Positions 62,497-64,000 of a DNA stretch of 64,000 bases are shown one piece after another. The stretch comes from Octopus sinensis. Taxonomy: Eukaryota. The DNA lies in contig NC_043003.1 in assembly GCF_006345805.1 (NCBI RefSeq), positions 3,906,001-3,970,000 on the forward strand. Reading direction: 5' to 3'. The notes under the pieces are model-generated. The model was not told the origin of the DNA. It did not search any database and saw only the letters and a program-made list of their open reading frames with translations. Each line of letters starts with the position of its first letter. Within the stretch, counting starts at the first letter, position 1. A program made the position numbers and the translations under genes.

Positions 62497-62818
62497 GAAG
62501 GCACATGGCTTAGTGGTTAGGGTATTTGACTCACGATTGTAAGGTCGTGAGCTCAATTCCTGGTGACGCGTTGTGTCCTTGAGCAAGACACTTTACTTCA
62601 CATTGCTCCAGTCCACTCAGCTGGCAAAAATGAGTTGTATCTGCATTTCAAAGGGGACATCCTTGTTGCACTCTGTGTCACGCTGAATCTCCCTGAGAAC
62701 TAAGTTAGGGGTACACATGTCTGTGGATTACTCAGCCACTTACACATTAATTTCACGAGCAAGCTGTTCTGCTGATTGGATCAGCTGGGACCCTCGTCAT
62801 CGTAACCGACAGAATGCT
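62497..62818 (+). mobile_element. SINE family A2
   Basis: GAAGGCACATGGCTTAGTGGTTAGGG head, TTGTGTCCTTGAGCAAGACACTT block, tail CGTAACCGACAGAATGC. Confidence 0.88.
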
Positions 62819-63290
62819 CTGTCTTAGAAAGAACTTTTTCTTCGCCCATTCCCTTCCAATCATTTCATAATGTAACCACATGTGAATCATTCCTCCCTCT
62901 TACTGGCACCTGTGCCAGTGGCATGGGAAAAATATTTGAGCGAATTCGTTGCTCCTGTGGGCTCCTGTGCAGGTGGCATGTAAAAAACACCAATTGAGCG
63001 TGGCCATTGCCAGTACCACCTGACTGGCTCTCATGCCGGTGGCATGTAAAAGCACCTACTACACTCTCGGAGTGGTTGGCGTGAGGAAGGGCATCCAGCT
63101 GTAGAAACTCTGCTAGATCAGATTGGAGCCTGGTGCAGCCATTTGGCTTGCCAGTCCTCAGTCAAATCGTCCAACCCATGCCACCATGGAAAACGGACGT
63201 TAAACGACGATGATAATAATGATGATGATAATGATGATGTAGATATATATATATGTATGTATATATGTATCTGTATATATATATATATAT

Positions 63291-63351
63291 ATTCCTTCTT
63301 AGTCTTATGTCTAAGATCAAGGTGTAATATTTAGTCTAAACAGTTTAATAT
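63291..63351 (+). pseudogene. U2: U2 snRNA 5' fragment (decayed)
   Basis: ATTCCTTCTTAGTCTTATGTCTAAGATCAAGGTGTAATATTTAGTCTAAACAGTTTAATAT aligns with the U2 5' end ATCGCTTCTCGGCCTTATGGCTAAGATCAAAGTGTAGTATCTGTTCTTATCAGTTTAATAT. Confidence 0.7.
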
Positions 63352-63539
63352 ATATATTTATGTATATCTGGGTGGTTGGTGTTAGGAGGGGTATCCAGCT
63401 GCAACATTCCTGCCAAATCAGTCACAGAAGTCTGGTGCAGGCTTCTGCCTGGCCGGCTGCCGTCAAACTCTCCCACCCATGCTAGCATGGAAGGTGGAAG
63501 TTAAACGATGATGATAAGGCTTAAATTCCTAACATGCCA

Positions 63540-63860
63540 GCTGAATTCAATTTGTTTCCAGTCGAAAGACGCCTGTTGTGATGTTTTTCATATTATTTTT
63601 GTATTTATATTCGTGTAACATCGTCCGTTTTTCCTTCCTTGTTTCTTATACATTCGAAGCTTTTTTCCAAGGAATCTAATACTCTTAGCTTAGTTTTTCC
63701 TTGGGCTGGCCAGATTAGAGCAATCTCAAGATTAATCAGCCGAAATTGCGAGGATGATCTGGTTCTTGACTGAAGATTAAAGGCTTCGAATAACCCGTCT
63801 GTGTTTTTTATATCGTCTTCTGGATGCTTTGTGTTCTTGTCCCATTTTGTATTTTTATTA
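63540..63860. repeat. Interspersed repeat abutting (TA)n, second copy at 22136-22262
   Basis: Shared AGCCGAAATTGC....GATGATC.GGTTCTTGACTGAAGATT.AAGGCTTCGAAT..CCCGTC; possibly Penelope terminal-repeat derived. Confidence 0.65.
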
Positions 63861-63862
63861 TG

Positions 63863-63916
<54 letters not shown>

Positions 63917-63924
63917 ATATATAC

Positions 63925-63982
<58 letters not shown>

Positions 63983-64000
63983 ATATAATATATATATTAT

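Overview
Eukaryotic, microsatellite- and transposon-saturated DNA. The tRNA-derived SINE families and overall repeat make-up strongly resemble an octopus/coleoid cephalopod genome (inference). I found no host protein-coding exon I can recognise; nearly all long ORFs in the track are simple-repeat artefacts. Supportable content includes a decayed pogo/Tigger transposon with nested insertions and an internal 46-47 bp minisatellite, and four complete non-autonomous Helitrons. There are also mariner- and piggyBac-type MITEs; 5'-truncated RTE, CR1-type, R4/Dong-type and Penelope (GIY-YIG) retroelements; dozens of SINE copies from at least four families; and a decayed U2 snRNA 5' fragment. The most interesting signals are: (i) a set of Penelope-associated minimal hammerhead ribozymes, one family placed downstream of a tRNA-like Pol III promoter, others with variant cores in mini-elements inside (TA)n tracts; (ii) a dense series of fold-back palindromes able to form dsRNA; (iii) an apparent CpG-rich to CpG-depleted transition near 23-24 kb, which suggests a methylation (gene-body) boundary with promoter-like motifs upstream. 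All coordinates were read by eye and may be off by a few bases.
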